Source of the DNA: an uncultured bacterium
GTDB taxonomy: Bacteria > Babelota > Babeliae > Babelales > Babelaceae
Assembly (NCBI GenBank): GCA_963824495.1
Contig: CAWGPQ010000008.1
Location: 32,001 to 96,000 of the forward strand
Direction of reading: 5' to 3'
Length of the DNA: 64,000 nucleotides
Part shown: positions 9,598-18,673 of the stretch, piece by piece
How the letters are laid out: every line of letters starts with the position of its first letter
Numbering within the stretch: position 1 is the first letter of the stretch
The notes under the pieces: generated by a model
What the model was told of the DNA's origin: nothing
Databases searched by the model: none
The model's input: the letters and a program-made list of their open reading frames with translations, nothing else
Translations under genes and position numbers: made by a program

Positions 9598-11714
9598 AGG
9601 TTATCCTATATGGAATATACAGTATTTTTTTCCTGTTATTCCCTCTAGCACAGCTACATGGACAGCTTGAAGCGCATTTTCTTTTTGTACCGGATATATC
9701 GGACGATCCAAGCATTGCTGATTCTTATGCAGGCAAGACTGACCCGAACTGGTCTATTATTACAACACAGCCCTATAAAGTTGTTCGCTTTCCTCAAGAT
9801 CATACAAGCCCTCTTGATACGCTGGCTTTAGAGGGTGCTTATGCTCAGGTCAGAAATGCTCTTAATCCAGCAAAAAGCTCTCATGACGGAGTGGTTATTA
9901 TAGGCCTGTCTCACGGTGCTGGGCTAGCCTTACGCGATGCCTCAACCCGATCAACCCCACTCTATCGTTTAAAAGCTATTATAGCCGAATCCCCTATGGG
10001 CATCACAGCTGAAACACTAGGCAAAGCTACTCTTAACACCCCTATACTTATTGTCCACTCAAGGAATGATAACGTAGTTCCTATCAATAGCTCTCGATTA
10101 CTTTATGCTGGTCTTGTTGGAGCCGGGCATAAAAAAGTTTATTTACTTGAGCTTGCAGATGCCAAGCATGGGGCATATAATCAACTTAAGCACAGTGAAT
10201 CTGCCACTAAATATTTAGCAACTGTTCATGCTTTGTATAGGCAAAACAATATTCCTTATGATGAGAAGTTGGCAAATCGGGGGCAACGCTATCTTAAAGA
10301 ACTCCAGCCACCTGCTGAAAAGATAGCAAAGCTTATACATGACACAAGCCCAAGCCTATGGAATACTCTGACAAACTTTATAGCAACCGGAATCCAAAGC
10401 ACTAAGCAGCCATTGGCTTCTACTTTAAGCATCACAGGAGTTGAGGCCCTTAGGCATGCATTTGCTGAATTTTTCCAACAAGCTCCCACAGTTGCACCAG
10501 TTGCCCCTGTATTACCGGTGGCTCCTGTTGGTCCAGTGTTGCCAGTAATGTCGGTAGCTCCTCCAGAACAGCCTCCAAGTGATATAGAGGAACTTTTAAA
10601 ACGTGCCGAAGAATTGGAGCAATCTATTAGTGAGGGCTTGGCAGGCGCACCGCAGCCCCCACCTCTTCCTCCAACCAAACTAACACCCGAGCAGGGGCCA
10701 TCTCTTGCAGAGCAACTTCAAGAGTATGCACAAAAATTACGCAAAACAGGTTCAGAGCTTTTAAGCACTCTAGCTAGTCAATTTCCATCACTTACCACAT
10801 CTGGACCTTCAGCCCCTGGTACTATTGTGTTTGGGCGCAGACCTGCACAACTCGAGATTCCAAAGCTGAGCACAACTGCCACTACAGAGCTAGAACCAGG
10901 TCTTGCAGTGTCCATTAACTTGGCAAAGCTTAATGCTGAAATTCAAGATACCAGAAGAAATAGTACTGAACGGCTCAATAAAGCTATTAAAGAACTTCAA
11001 ACATATCCAGAGACTTCACAACTACATGCACTTGAAAAAGAACTTCAAGAAGCTGCTAAAAAGCATGAAGACGAAGCAGCAAAAATTGAGCAGATATTAT
11101 CAGACCCATCTATCAAGCAGCTTCAAGCTTCTAACAAGGAATTTTATGATGGCCTTAAGAAAAGTATTATAGAGGTGCTCAAAAAGCTAGATAAGTTGCA
11201 TAGGTTGGAAAATAGAATAGCATCGGTGATCGCATTGGTAGAAAACCCTGTTCAAGTTCTTGATCTGCGCTATGGGCTTGGCTTAGGCAAGCTTTCTGAA
11301 AATGCAAAGAATGCTTGGAATAGAATTTTAAGTGGCAGAGAGGGGCTTGAAACTTTTAGTACTATTATAGAAAGTTTACAAGAAATGCGTAGAAATGCCC
11401 AACGTTCTATTATAAATCAAGACGATCTTGAAGCAGCCCTTTTACAAATCAACGCTATTGCACAAGAGTACAAGAATTATTTAGGAGGCTTGACACCTGA
11501 GACTTTGCAAAATCTTGGTGCTAGCCCTAATATTGTTGAAGATTTACGAGAAGAGCTTCAGGATACTAGTACCAAGATTCAAGAAGCTATTGAAAGAATT
11601 CAAAAAAAGAAAACTACCAAAGTCTCTGCTTTAAATTCGGGGAATGACGATTATGTCCGGGCGCAGGTGAAGATGCAGGCGGAGCCCATTGTGAAACATA
11701 CGCTTTGGCATTAG
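9594..11714 (+). CDS. Secreted alpha/beta-hydrolase + Pro-rich linker + coiled-coil protein, paralog 3
   Basis: Signal peptide, same triad, ATGA overlap with the paralog 2 stop. Confidence 0.8.
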   Translation: MKVILYGIYSIFFLLFPLAQLHGQLEAHFLFVPDISDDPSIADSYAGKTDPNWSIITTQPYKVVRFPQDHTSPLDTLALEGAYAQVRNALNPAKSSHDGVVIIGLSHGAGLALRDASTRSTPLYRLKAIIAESPMGITAETLGKATLNTPILIVHSRNDNVVPINSSRLLYAGLVGAGHKKVYLLELADAKHGAYNQLKHSESATKYLATVHALYRQNNIPYDEKLANRGQRYLKELQPPAEKIAKLIHDTSPSLWNTLTNFIATGIQSTKQPLASTLSITGVEALRHAFAEFFQQAPTVAPVAPVLPVAPVGPVLPVMSVAPPEQPPSDIEELLKRAEELEQSISEGLAGAPQPPPLPPTKLTPEQGPSLAEQLQEYAQKLRKTGSELLSTLASQFPSLTTSGPSAPGTIVFGRRPAQLEIPKLSTTATTELEPGLAVSINLAKLNAEIQDTRRNSTERLNKAIKELQTYPETSQLHALEKELQEAAKKHEDEAAKIEQILSDPSIKQLQASNKEFYDGLKKSIIEVLKKLDKLHRLENRIASVIALVENPVQVLDLRYGLGLGKLSENAKNAWNRILSGREGLETFSTIIESLQEMRRNAQRSIINQDDLEAALLQINAIAQEYKNYLGGLTPETLQNLGASPNIVEDLREELQDTSTKIQEAIERIQKKKTTKVSALNSGNDDYVRAQVKMQAEPIVKHTLWH

Positions 11715-12495
11715 ATTTCTTGCTTCTGTGCTCTGCCACAAGACATTCTTGCCAGAAAGGGTCCTCATAGATACGTATTAGTGAAGACTCTTGAGAGTAA
11801 TGCTCAGCGATACTCTCACGTACCAGTTCTTCAAATTCATCATGAGCAGTTGGTGAAATATGTAACAGGCGCATAAAAAACTTTTTAATTTTTAGGAGTA
11901 CTCCCATGCGTAAAAGATGTGGCATGCGATTATAGATAATGTTCATACTAGACATACAACGAGTATGGGGTATAACAGCAAACAAGGGTTGAACCCACCA
12001 TAAGCGTAGTATAAGAATACCTGATATCCAGAGCAGCGCCGATAGTAGAAGCATACCGAGGTTATAGTCAAGCATAGAAAAGATATAACGCTTAAGATAG
12101 AAGCCACAATAGCCTCCCGGATATACGCCCGTATAGGCTTCATAATCAAGCGCACTATTTAACGTAGCCCATACAAGCATACAACATATACCAGCTAGAA
12201 CACGATCCCATTCATCGGACCATAAACGCCTGCCCAATATAAGAGAAGCGCTGAGAAAACACAGAGGGATAAGCATACTGCCAGCATAACCAAAGAAGTA
12301 TATAACACTTGCTCCCAGGGTAATTATGTAATAAGACGGGTAATAATACGATGCCTGGGTCGTTGTGAATAAGAACGACGGTGCTCGATGATGATAGGTT
12401 GCAAGTGCTATAAGTATGCATATGCCCAACCCAAGCACTAAAAAAGCACCTATGACTCTTACTATTGAATGAAATAACCATGCGCGTAGATACAT
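11614..12495 (-). CDS. FtsK N-terminal 4TM-domain-like membrane protein without motor domain
   Basis: Several TM helices with ALATY...PS...GA.VIY.FGYAG and GG.CG patterns resembling FtsK_4TM; no P-loop follows; GAGGAG RBS. Confidence 0.55.
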   Translation of the reverse strand: MYLRAWLFHSIVRVIGAFLVLGLGICILIALATYHHRAPSFLFTTTQASYYYPSYYIITLGASVIYFFGYAGSMLIPLCFLSASLILGRRLWSDEWDRVLAGICCMLVWATLNSALDYEAYTGVYPGGYCGFYLKRYIFSMLDYNLGMLLLSALLWISGILILRLWWVQPLFAVIPHTRCMSSMNIIYNRMPHLLRMGVLLKIKKFFMRLLHISPTAHDEFEELVRESIAEHYSQESSLIRIYEDPFWQECLVAEHRSKKSNAKAYVSQWAPPASSPAPGHNRHSPNLKQRLW

Positions 12496-12666
12496 AGCAT
12501 GTCTCCTCTTTTAAAAATTATGATACACTATCGCTCAAAGATCGTTCAATAAAAAAATGGATGGTTTAAAATTGAGCACCATTGAAGCTTTGCAACACAG
12601 AGAGTATGAGTTTTGCCCCTTTTAAGAACTTTTTCATGCAATTTTTAAGGTTAATGCGATCAAATG

Positions 12667-12887
12667 TTGCAATCTCAAAATCTTTTGACTAGATTATACA
12701 CCAATAATAGAGACTCATTGCCTATCAAAGGGTCAATGTATACAAGCGAAAGGAGGGAGTAAGCGCACAATTATTTCTTAACATCACAGTAGGTGCGGTT
12801 GCCTACCATACGGGGAAGCCCCCCGCATATCGGTTGTTTCTCGATTTACGTTAATCGAGTTCAGTTCATATGAAAAGGAGTACTTAG
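12667..12887 (+). promoter_or_regulatory. Sigma70-like promoter and long structured 5' leader
   Basis: TTGCAA(12667)-17 bp-TAGATT(12690); three consecutive stems (gtagg/cctac, cgggg/ccccg, ctcgatt/aatcgag), then AAGGAG RBS. Confidence 0.5.
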
Positions 12888-14981
12888 ATGAAACAACTCA
12901 TCAAATCATTTTTATATTTTGCGCTGCTGCTCTCTCCATTAGCAGCCATAGCAAGCGGTGATGAGACGACCCGTGGTTGCTGTGGCGGTGGTGGAAGGAA
13001 CACAGGCAGTGGCTTTAGCGGTAGCTGTAATTCCTGTAGCTTTGAATCAGGCTGTTCTGATTGCGGCAATGGCAGATCCAATTGCAGATCCGAATCGGAA
13101 TGTTCTGGCTTCTCTGATTGCAGTTTCAGCAATGACAGCTGTTGCGAATCACGAAGCTTTGAATGTAGCTCAGATTGTAATTCAGACTGTGGAAGCTGCT
13201 CAAGCGGCAGGGACTGCCGACGTTGCCATACATTCATACTTCCACGTCCCGTTGGCCGTAACTTAGCACGTCAAGACTCAAATGCTAATTTCCTGCGCTT
13301 CTTCTTGCCAAATGGAGAGCCACGTTGCTTTGACTTTGCATGGACGTTTGAATATGAACGTACACGTAGGCCAGAGAAAATAAATCGATGCTTCTTTGGC
13401 TTTGGTAACAAAGGTAATAATTGCGGCAACGAAGGCAATTTTGACAACGGTGCGGGCCGAAAAAACTGTATCAGGTTCACGGGTAGCAACGTTAAGAACA
13501 GGGGTAGTACTGACTTCTTAGCCGATACTTTTGGCTTATCTCCTTATACCAGCGCCAATATATGCTTCTGCCCTCGCATTGAGAATTTCATTTGGGATCT
13601 CAATTTAATGATCGAAGGCGCAAACTACTGTGATTGGCTCGATGGTTGGTACTTCCGTATCAACGCTCCGATCGTTTACAGTCGTTGGAAGCTTCATGCA
13701 AACCAGTGTAATGATTGCAGAACCATTGAAAATGGTCACGATTTCCCTCCAACCCAATTTAGCGAGGGACCAGCTCAATCAACGAATAGCCTCGATCAAG
13801 CATTGGGCGGCAGCTTTACGTTTGGCAATAAACGATCAGTCTCAGATTTTAGCCAATTCTGCTTTGGTCGCCAAACACGTACCGATCTTGCTAATCTTGA
13901 CTTAATCTTAGGTTGGAACTTCTGGAACTGCGATACCTATCAAATTAGCGCTTATCTCTTGGCAGTTGCACCAACGGCACACCACCGTTCACAAGCACAT
14001 CGCCTCTTCTCACCAATTACCGATACCGGTAAGCACTGGGAACTTGGAGGTGGTCTTCAAGGAAGCTGGGAAGTCTGGAACTGCAGTGATGACCATAGCC
14101 TTTATCTCTGGTTCGATGGCTATGCGACACACTTGTTCAAAAAGTGTGAACAACGTACTTTTGACTTTAGAAAGAATGGTTGCTTCAGCCGTTTCTTACT
14201 GTTGAAAGAATTTGACGCCTGCAATCGCTTTACTGGCAACTTAATCAGTGCAGTTGACTTTACCACACGTAATGTCGACGTACAGATTGACGTACAAGGT
14301 GAAGCATTGGTTCAGCTTCTCTATCGCCATTGTGGCTGGACAGCTGGCGTTGGTTACAACGTCTATGGCCGTAGCAGAGAAAAAATCTGTCGCGTCCAAG
14401 AAAGTCGTTCACATATAGGTCGTTGCAACAGAATCAACCCTTACATTTTCTGTGAAACTGACAACGACGACTCTGAATCACAACGATGCAATAATCGACG
14501 TCACTTTGGTATCGCTGGTAGATCAGGTGTAAGCGCACGCAACCATATTCCTGGCATTGGCTTGACAGGAACCCATACACTGCTTAATGCTACTGAAAGT
14601 AATGCAACCATTACCGGTCGTGGTACCGTAGATAACGCTGTCTTTCTTGAAAATACTGCAACAGGTGAAGTTGGACTTGACTACTCAAGCCCAGCAGAAC
14701 CACATACACCGCTTTCACAGCTTGTAATTGCACAAGATTCTGAAGTTGATGGTCAACCAGCTCCGGTCTACGTATCAACAAAAGATCTTGACCTTCGATC
14801 TGGCGCATCCCCAAGCTATCTTACACATAAAGCTTTTGCCTATGTAGACTATAGCTGGTGTGAGTGTGAATGGATTGAACCATTTGTTGGCATAGGTGGT
14901 GAAATAGAATTTGCTGATCGTTGTCGCTGCTGCAGCATCGACAAATGGGGCGTATGGTTCAAGGGCGGCTTCTCGTACTAG
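12888..14981 (+). CDS. Cys-rich secreted protein, probable outer-membrane beta-barrel
   Basis: Signal peptide; Cys/Ser/Gly-rich N-terminus; amphipathic beta-like segments; C-terminal WGVWFKGGFSY resembling a beta-signal. Confidence 0.65.
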   Translation: MKQLIKSFLYFALLLSPLAAIASGDETTRGCCGGGGRNTGSGFSGSCNSCSFESGCSDCGNGRSNCRSESECSGFSDCSFSNDSCCESRSFECSSDCNSDCGSCSSGRDCRRCHTFILPRPVGRNLARQDSNANFLRFFLPNGEPRCFDFAWTFEYERTRRPEKINRCFFGFGNKGNNCGNEGNFDNGAGRKNCIRFTGSNVKNRGSTDFLADTFGLSPYTSANICFCPRIENFIWDLNLMIEGANYCDWLDGWYFRINAPIVYSRWKLHANQCNDCRTIENGHDFPPTQFSEGPAQSTNSLDQALGGSFTFGNKRSVSDFSQFCFGRQTRTDLANLDLILGWNFWNCDTYQISAYLLAVAPTAHHRSQAHRLFSPITDTGKHWELGGGLQGSWEVWNCSDDHSLYLWFDGYATHLFKKCEQRTFDFRKNGCFSRFLLLKEFDACNRFTGNLISAVDFTTRNVDVQIDVQGEALVQLLYRHCGWTAGVGYNVYGRSREKICRVQESRSHIGRCNRINPYIFCETDNDDSESQRCNNRRHFGIAGRSGVSARNHIPGIGLTGTHTLLNATESNATITGRGTVDNAVFLENTATGEVGLDYSSPAEPHTPLSQLVIAQDSEVDGQPAPVYVSTKDLDLRSGASPSYLTHKAFAYVDYSWCECEWIEPFVGIGGEIEFADRCRCCSIDKWGVWFKGGFSY

Positions 14982-15015
14982 CGTAACCCGCGCACCTACA
15001 GCAAACAAAACTAGC

Positions 15016-15046
15016 AAAAAGGCTCGGTATACACCGAGCCTTTTTT
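15016..15046. terminator. Bidirectional rho-independent terminator
   Basis: aaaaa-ggctcggt-atac-accgagcc-tttttt between convergent genes. Confidence 0.9.
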
Positions 15047-15052
15047 AACAAT

Positions 15053-15301
15053 CTATTTTTTGCGTAAACTAGTAACGTAGTCAATAACCTGATTGACAGT
15101 TGTTAGCTTATCGGCATCAGTATCATTAATTTCAATACCAAACTCTTCCTCAAGCTTCATAACAATTTCAACACGATCAAGAGAGTCAGCCCCTAAGCTT
15201 TCAAGTGTGTCGTCTTCATGAATAGCGTCTTTTTTAACACCAAGCTGCTCAGCTATAATCTCAATAACTTTAGAGCTGGTGCTGGTACGGTCAAAAGGCA
15301 T
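15053..15301 (-). CDS. acpP: Acyl carrier protein
   Basis: LGADSLDRVEIVMKLEEEFGIEI with the phosphopantetheine Ser intact. Confidence 0.95.
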   Translation of the reverse strand: MPFDRTSTSSKVIEIIAEQLGVKKDAIHEDDTLESLGADSLDRVEIVMKLEEEFGIEINDTDADKLTTVNQVIDYVTSLRKK

Positions 15302-15320
15302 AATTAGTTTCCTTACGATA

Positions 15321-16235
15321 TTACGATACTATAGAATTGACAAGAAGATCTTCAATATCACTAAGCTTTTCAATCATGAAAAGTGGCTGAGGAGAATAAG
15401 CTTTCTGAAGTACAGGTTTCATAGAAGAGACTGGTGCAGGCATAATAAGAGTATCACATGTTTTAATGTGAGCGTATACTGCATCCCATCGTAACGGTCG
15501 ACATATAAGCTTACGTATGAGATCTGTAACGGCTATGCCATCGCGTATAAGCGCAGTAGTCACATCACAAGCAAGCGGAACCTGTGGATCTTTAATGTCA
15601 ACTTTCTCTCGGTACATAGCAAAGTGCTCTACCACTGCTTGTGACCAAGGACCAAAAAGTATGCCATCGGTGGTTATTTCACGTGCTGAAGCACCTATGC
15701 CTCGAACATCTCGATCAAGCTCGTGAAGAGCTTGATGTACCCCAACAACCGTAAACTCAGATGGATCCACAGTAGAACTTATTATGAGGGGCTGTTTGCA
15801 GAGCTGGCGCAGCGTACGCTCGGACAACCCTTGAATACGACGCGCACCAATATCAGTGTGCTTTTCAGTTAGTTCAGTATATACCTGTGCTAACTTTTTA
15901 AGTAAATACAAGCCATCAGGCATATTAATACTGCCAGCGGCAAACAGGGCACTATATATGCCAATGCCATACCCAAAAACAGACCTTGGTACAATACCAG
16001 CCTCTTTACATAATGCTGCAGTGCAAGCACCAAGCAAAAAAATGGCAGGATAAGCGTGCTCGATTCGACTTAATTCTAGCTCAGATGAAGCAAAGCACAA
16101 CTTAACAAAATTCACGCCCAAGCAATTAGATGCTTCCTCAAAATATTCCTGTACCAATCGTGAGTTATCGTACAGCTCCTTTCCCATGCCAACAAACTGG
16201 CTGCCATAGCCTGGAAAGAGCATTCCATAATTCAT
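15321..16235 (-). CDS. fabD: FabD (malonyl-CoA:ACP transacylase)-fold protein with degenerate active site
   Basis: LFPGYGSQFVGMGKELY N-terminus and position next to acpP; GHSLG is replaced by GYGIG. Confidence 0.75.
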   Translation of the reverse strand: MNYGMLFPGYGSQFVGMGKELYDNSRLVQEYFEEASNCLGVNFVKLCFASSELELSRIEHAYPAIFLLGACTAALCKEAGIVPRSVFGYGIGIYSALFAAGSINMPDGLYLLKKLAQVYTELTEKHTDIGARRIQGLSERTLRQLCKQPLIISSTVDPSEFTVVGVHQALHELDRDVRGIGASAREITTDGILFGPWSQAVVEHFAMYREKVDIKDPQVPLACDVTTALIRDGIAVTDLIRKLICRPLRWDAVYAHIKTCDTLIMPAPVSSMKPVLQKAYSPQPLFMIEKLSDIEDLLVNSIVS

Positions 16236-16241
16236 ACGCCC

Positions 16242-17654
16242 TCACTGAGTTAATTTTTTAAACACTTTCAAGCGATTAAGGCTTTCCTGCTTGCCAAGCA
16301 CTGCTAAAAGATCAAAGATCCCCGGACTTGCAGTTTTACCAGTGAGCACCTGGCGAATGGGCTGAGCAAGTTGCCCAAGCTTTAAACCATCTTGAATACA
16401 GACAGCTTTTACAATTGCCGCTGTGCTTTCATGTGAAAATACCATATCATGCTCAAGCCGCTCAATAGCTAATGCAAGAGCATGCGCAACATGTGTATCA
16501 GTCGTAGTATAGGATGTTAGACCCTGAGGCCCAGCATAAAGATCCTTCAACTCGGATTCAAGTTCTTTGAGTGTCGTAACTCTGTCTTGATATAACTGAA
16601 TTAACCTTATAATCTGCTGATGCGTCCAATTCATGAGAACTGTTTGTAAAAGAGGGTTAACCTGAGCAAGCATATAGTCTAACAGCTTATCAGGCGATGT
16701 CTGACGTATATACACACCATTCATCCATTCAAGCTTCTTAATATCAAATATGGCGCTTTTTTTGCCAACTTCATCCAAAGAAAAGTACCGTATAAGTTCA
16801 TCTTGAGTGAATATTTCTTGATCGCCATGCGACCAACCAAGACGCACAAGATAATTGCATAAAGCATCGGGCAGAAATCCAGCATGCTTATAATCAGTAA
16901 CAGCAGTTGCAGCATCCCGCTTACTTAACCTGTTGCCGTGAGGTCCCAGTATAAGTGGCAAATGCGCAAAATAAGGAACATCAAAGCCACATGCTTGATA
17001 CAGTAAAATCTGCTTGGGGGTATTAGAGATGTGATCTTCACCTCGAATAACGTGCGAAATACGCATAGCAGCATCGTCAACAACGACAACGAAGTTATAG
17101 GTAGGCATGCCATCGGAGCGCAGGATAATGAAATCATCAAGTTGATCGAGTGCAAACCGCACTGGACCTCGTATGAGGTCATCAAAAACAATTTCTACAC
17201 GATCATGTGGTATCTTAAATCGCACAACAAAGGGCTGATCGTGATAACCATAGGTAGGCTGAATGTCACGGCAACGACGATCATACGTGGCATAACCCTC
17301 TCCCTCGGCAGCATTTACACCTAAACGTTTTTGCAGCTCTTCGGGGCTACAGTAACATCGATACGCAAAATTTTTATTAAGTAACTCTTGAGCAACTCTC
17401 TTATGCGCGTCAAGACGTGTTGACTGAATAACGGGTGGCTCATCAGGCATAATACCAGTCCATGCAAGAGAATCAAGTATTGCCTGAGTATATTCTGGTC
17501 TTGAACGCTCAAGATCAGTATCTTCAATGCGCAGTAAAAATACACCGTGATTATGGCGAGCAAATAACCAGTTAAAGAGTGCGGCACGTAAACCACCAAT
17601 ATGCAAATATCCTGTTGGCGACGGAGCAAAACGAACACGTATCTGCTTACTCAT
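16242..17654 (-). CDS. gltX: Glutamate--tRNA ligase
   Basis: RFAPSPTGYLHIGG, LRIEDTD, IRGEDH and LSKR motifs. Confidence 0.97.
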   Translation of the reverse strand: MSKQIRVRFAPSPTGYLHIGGLRAALFNWLFARHNHGVFLLRIEDTDLERSRPEYTQAILDSLAWTGIMPDEPPVIQSTRLDAHKRVAQELLNKNFAYRCYCSPEELQKRLGVNAAEGEGYATYDRRCRDIQPTYGYHDQPFVVRFKIPHDRVEIVFDDLIRGPVRFALDQLDDFIILRSDGMPTYNFVVVVDDAAMRISHVIRGEDHISNTPKQILLYQACGFDVPYFAHLPLILGPHGNRLSKRDAATAVTDYKHAGFLPDALCNYLVRLGWSHGDQEIFTQDELIRYFSLDEVGKKSAIFDIKKLEWMNGVYIRQTSPDKLLDYMLAQVNPLLQTVLMNWTHQQIIRLIQLYQDRVTTLKELESELKDLYAGPQGLTSYTTTDTHVAHALALAIERLEHDMVFSHESTAAIVKAVCIQDGLKLGQLAQPIRQVLTGKTASPGIFDLLAVLGKQESLNRLKVFKKLTQ

Positions 17655-17674
17655 GGCTTATACTCACGGCTTAT

Positions 17675-18358
17675 TCAGGGGGATAGTATGTGTGCTGGAT
17701 TTTGAAAAAGCTGCGAGAGCTTTGATTGCGCCATGCCTGCCCAAGGAGAAGATGAACCACTTTCACGAATTAAGCGTGCCCATATTTTTTGTGCTTGTTC
17801 ATAATCACCTGCCATCCAGCTGACATAACCAAGATTATAGAGTGCTATATCGCGCTGAGGATTATGCTGGTCTTCTGCCAAAGCAGTGAGTGCTTGTAAT
17901 CCTGCTTCATGCGTTGTCTGATCTTGAGCATCACTGTCCATAAGTGCTGTCTTAAGCGCATACAAATAATAGAGGGGTGAGCTATGAGAAAGCGTGTCCA
18001 GCATCTCATGCATAAGTCGTCGAGCTTCAGCAGTTTTGCCCTCTCTCAAAAGTGTTTCTGCTTGAAATGCACGAAAATAAGGAGCCAAGGGTGTTTTAGC
18101 ATACAGCAGAGATCCTGTAGCCCACGCTTGCTCTATCTCCCGCAAAGCATCTGGGTTATTCTCAGCACTAAGGGCTTTCTCAAATGCTTCAAACGTATCG
18201 GAAAATGCTTTTTGTGCACGTGCTGCCTGTGTAACGGTATTACGGTAGTAAAGACCGCCAGCAAGAGCAAGCACTAGTGCTCCGCCACCACCAACAAGCA
18301 AGCCCCGAAGAAATTTTTGAGATGATGTTACCTGCGTTATACGTGACGCTAATGTCAT
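17675..18358 (-). CDS. Membrane-anchored TPR protein (YfgM-like)
   Basis: N-terminal TM helix followed by TPR-like helices (ALYNLGYVSWMAGDYEQAQKIW). Confidence 0.6.
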   Translation of the reverse strand: MTLASRITQVTSSQKFLRGLLVGGGGALVLALAGGLYYRNTVTQAARAQKAFSDTFEAFEKALSAENNPDALREIEQAWATGSLLYAKTPLAPYFRAFQAETLLREGKTAEARRLMHEMLDTLSHSSPLYYLYALKTALMDSDAQDQTTHEAGLQALTALAEDQHNPQRDIALYNLGYVSWMAGDYEQAQKIWARLIRESGSSSPWAGMAQSKLSQLFQNPAHILSP

Positions 18359-18397
18359 TGTACTACTCCATACTCATTATAAATGACAGAAATGAGG

Positions 18398-18673
18398 CTA
18401 CGCTGGAGAAGAGCCTTCTGGGTTGTGCTGTTCATGGCGTTGTGCCTGACGTTGTGCTTGTACCTGCCGCACTTCGCCTCGCTTGACTAACCGATCTCTT
18501 TTAGTAGTGATAACTTTTATACCCTTATAAAACCCACAACTTTCGCATGCTTGATGAGGTAGTAATGGATGGCCACAATTATTACACATCGTAATGGCTT
18601 GTGGTCTAAGAAACTTAGTAGATTGTCGCTTATCACGACGGGATTTAGACGTTTTACGTTTTGGTACTGGCAT
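18398..18673 (-). CDS. rpmF: 50S ribosomal protein L32 (zinc-ribbon type, Gln-rich C-terminal extension)
   Basis: MPVPKRKTSKSRRDKR...CNNC...PHQACESCGFY; start set at ATG 18673. Confidence 0.95.
   Translation of the reverse strand: MPVPKRKTSKSRRDKRQSTKFLRPQAITMCNNCGHPLLPHQACESCGFYKGIKVITTKRDRLVKRGEVRQVQAQRQAQRHEQHNPEGSSPA

Noticed and set aside
12716..12810. SAM-I riboswitch resemblance (ctatcaaag...ggaggga...ggtgc)
   Set aside because: The required P1-P4 pairings and GCAACC core could not be built; kept only as an unclassified structured leader.
12884..13266. Alternative-frame and antisense ORFs over the Cys-rich tract
   Set aside because: By-products of low-complexity codons in the real gene.
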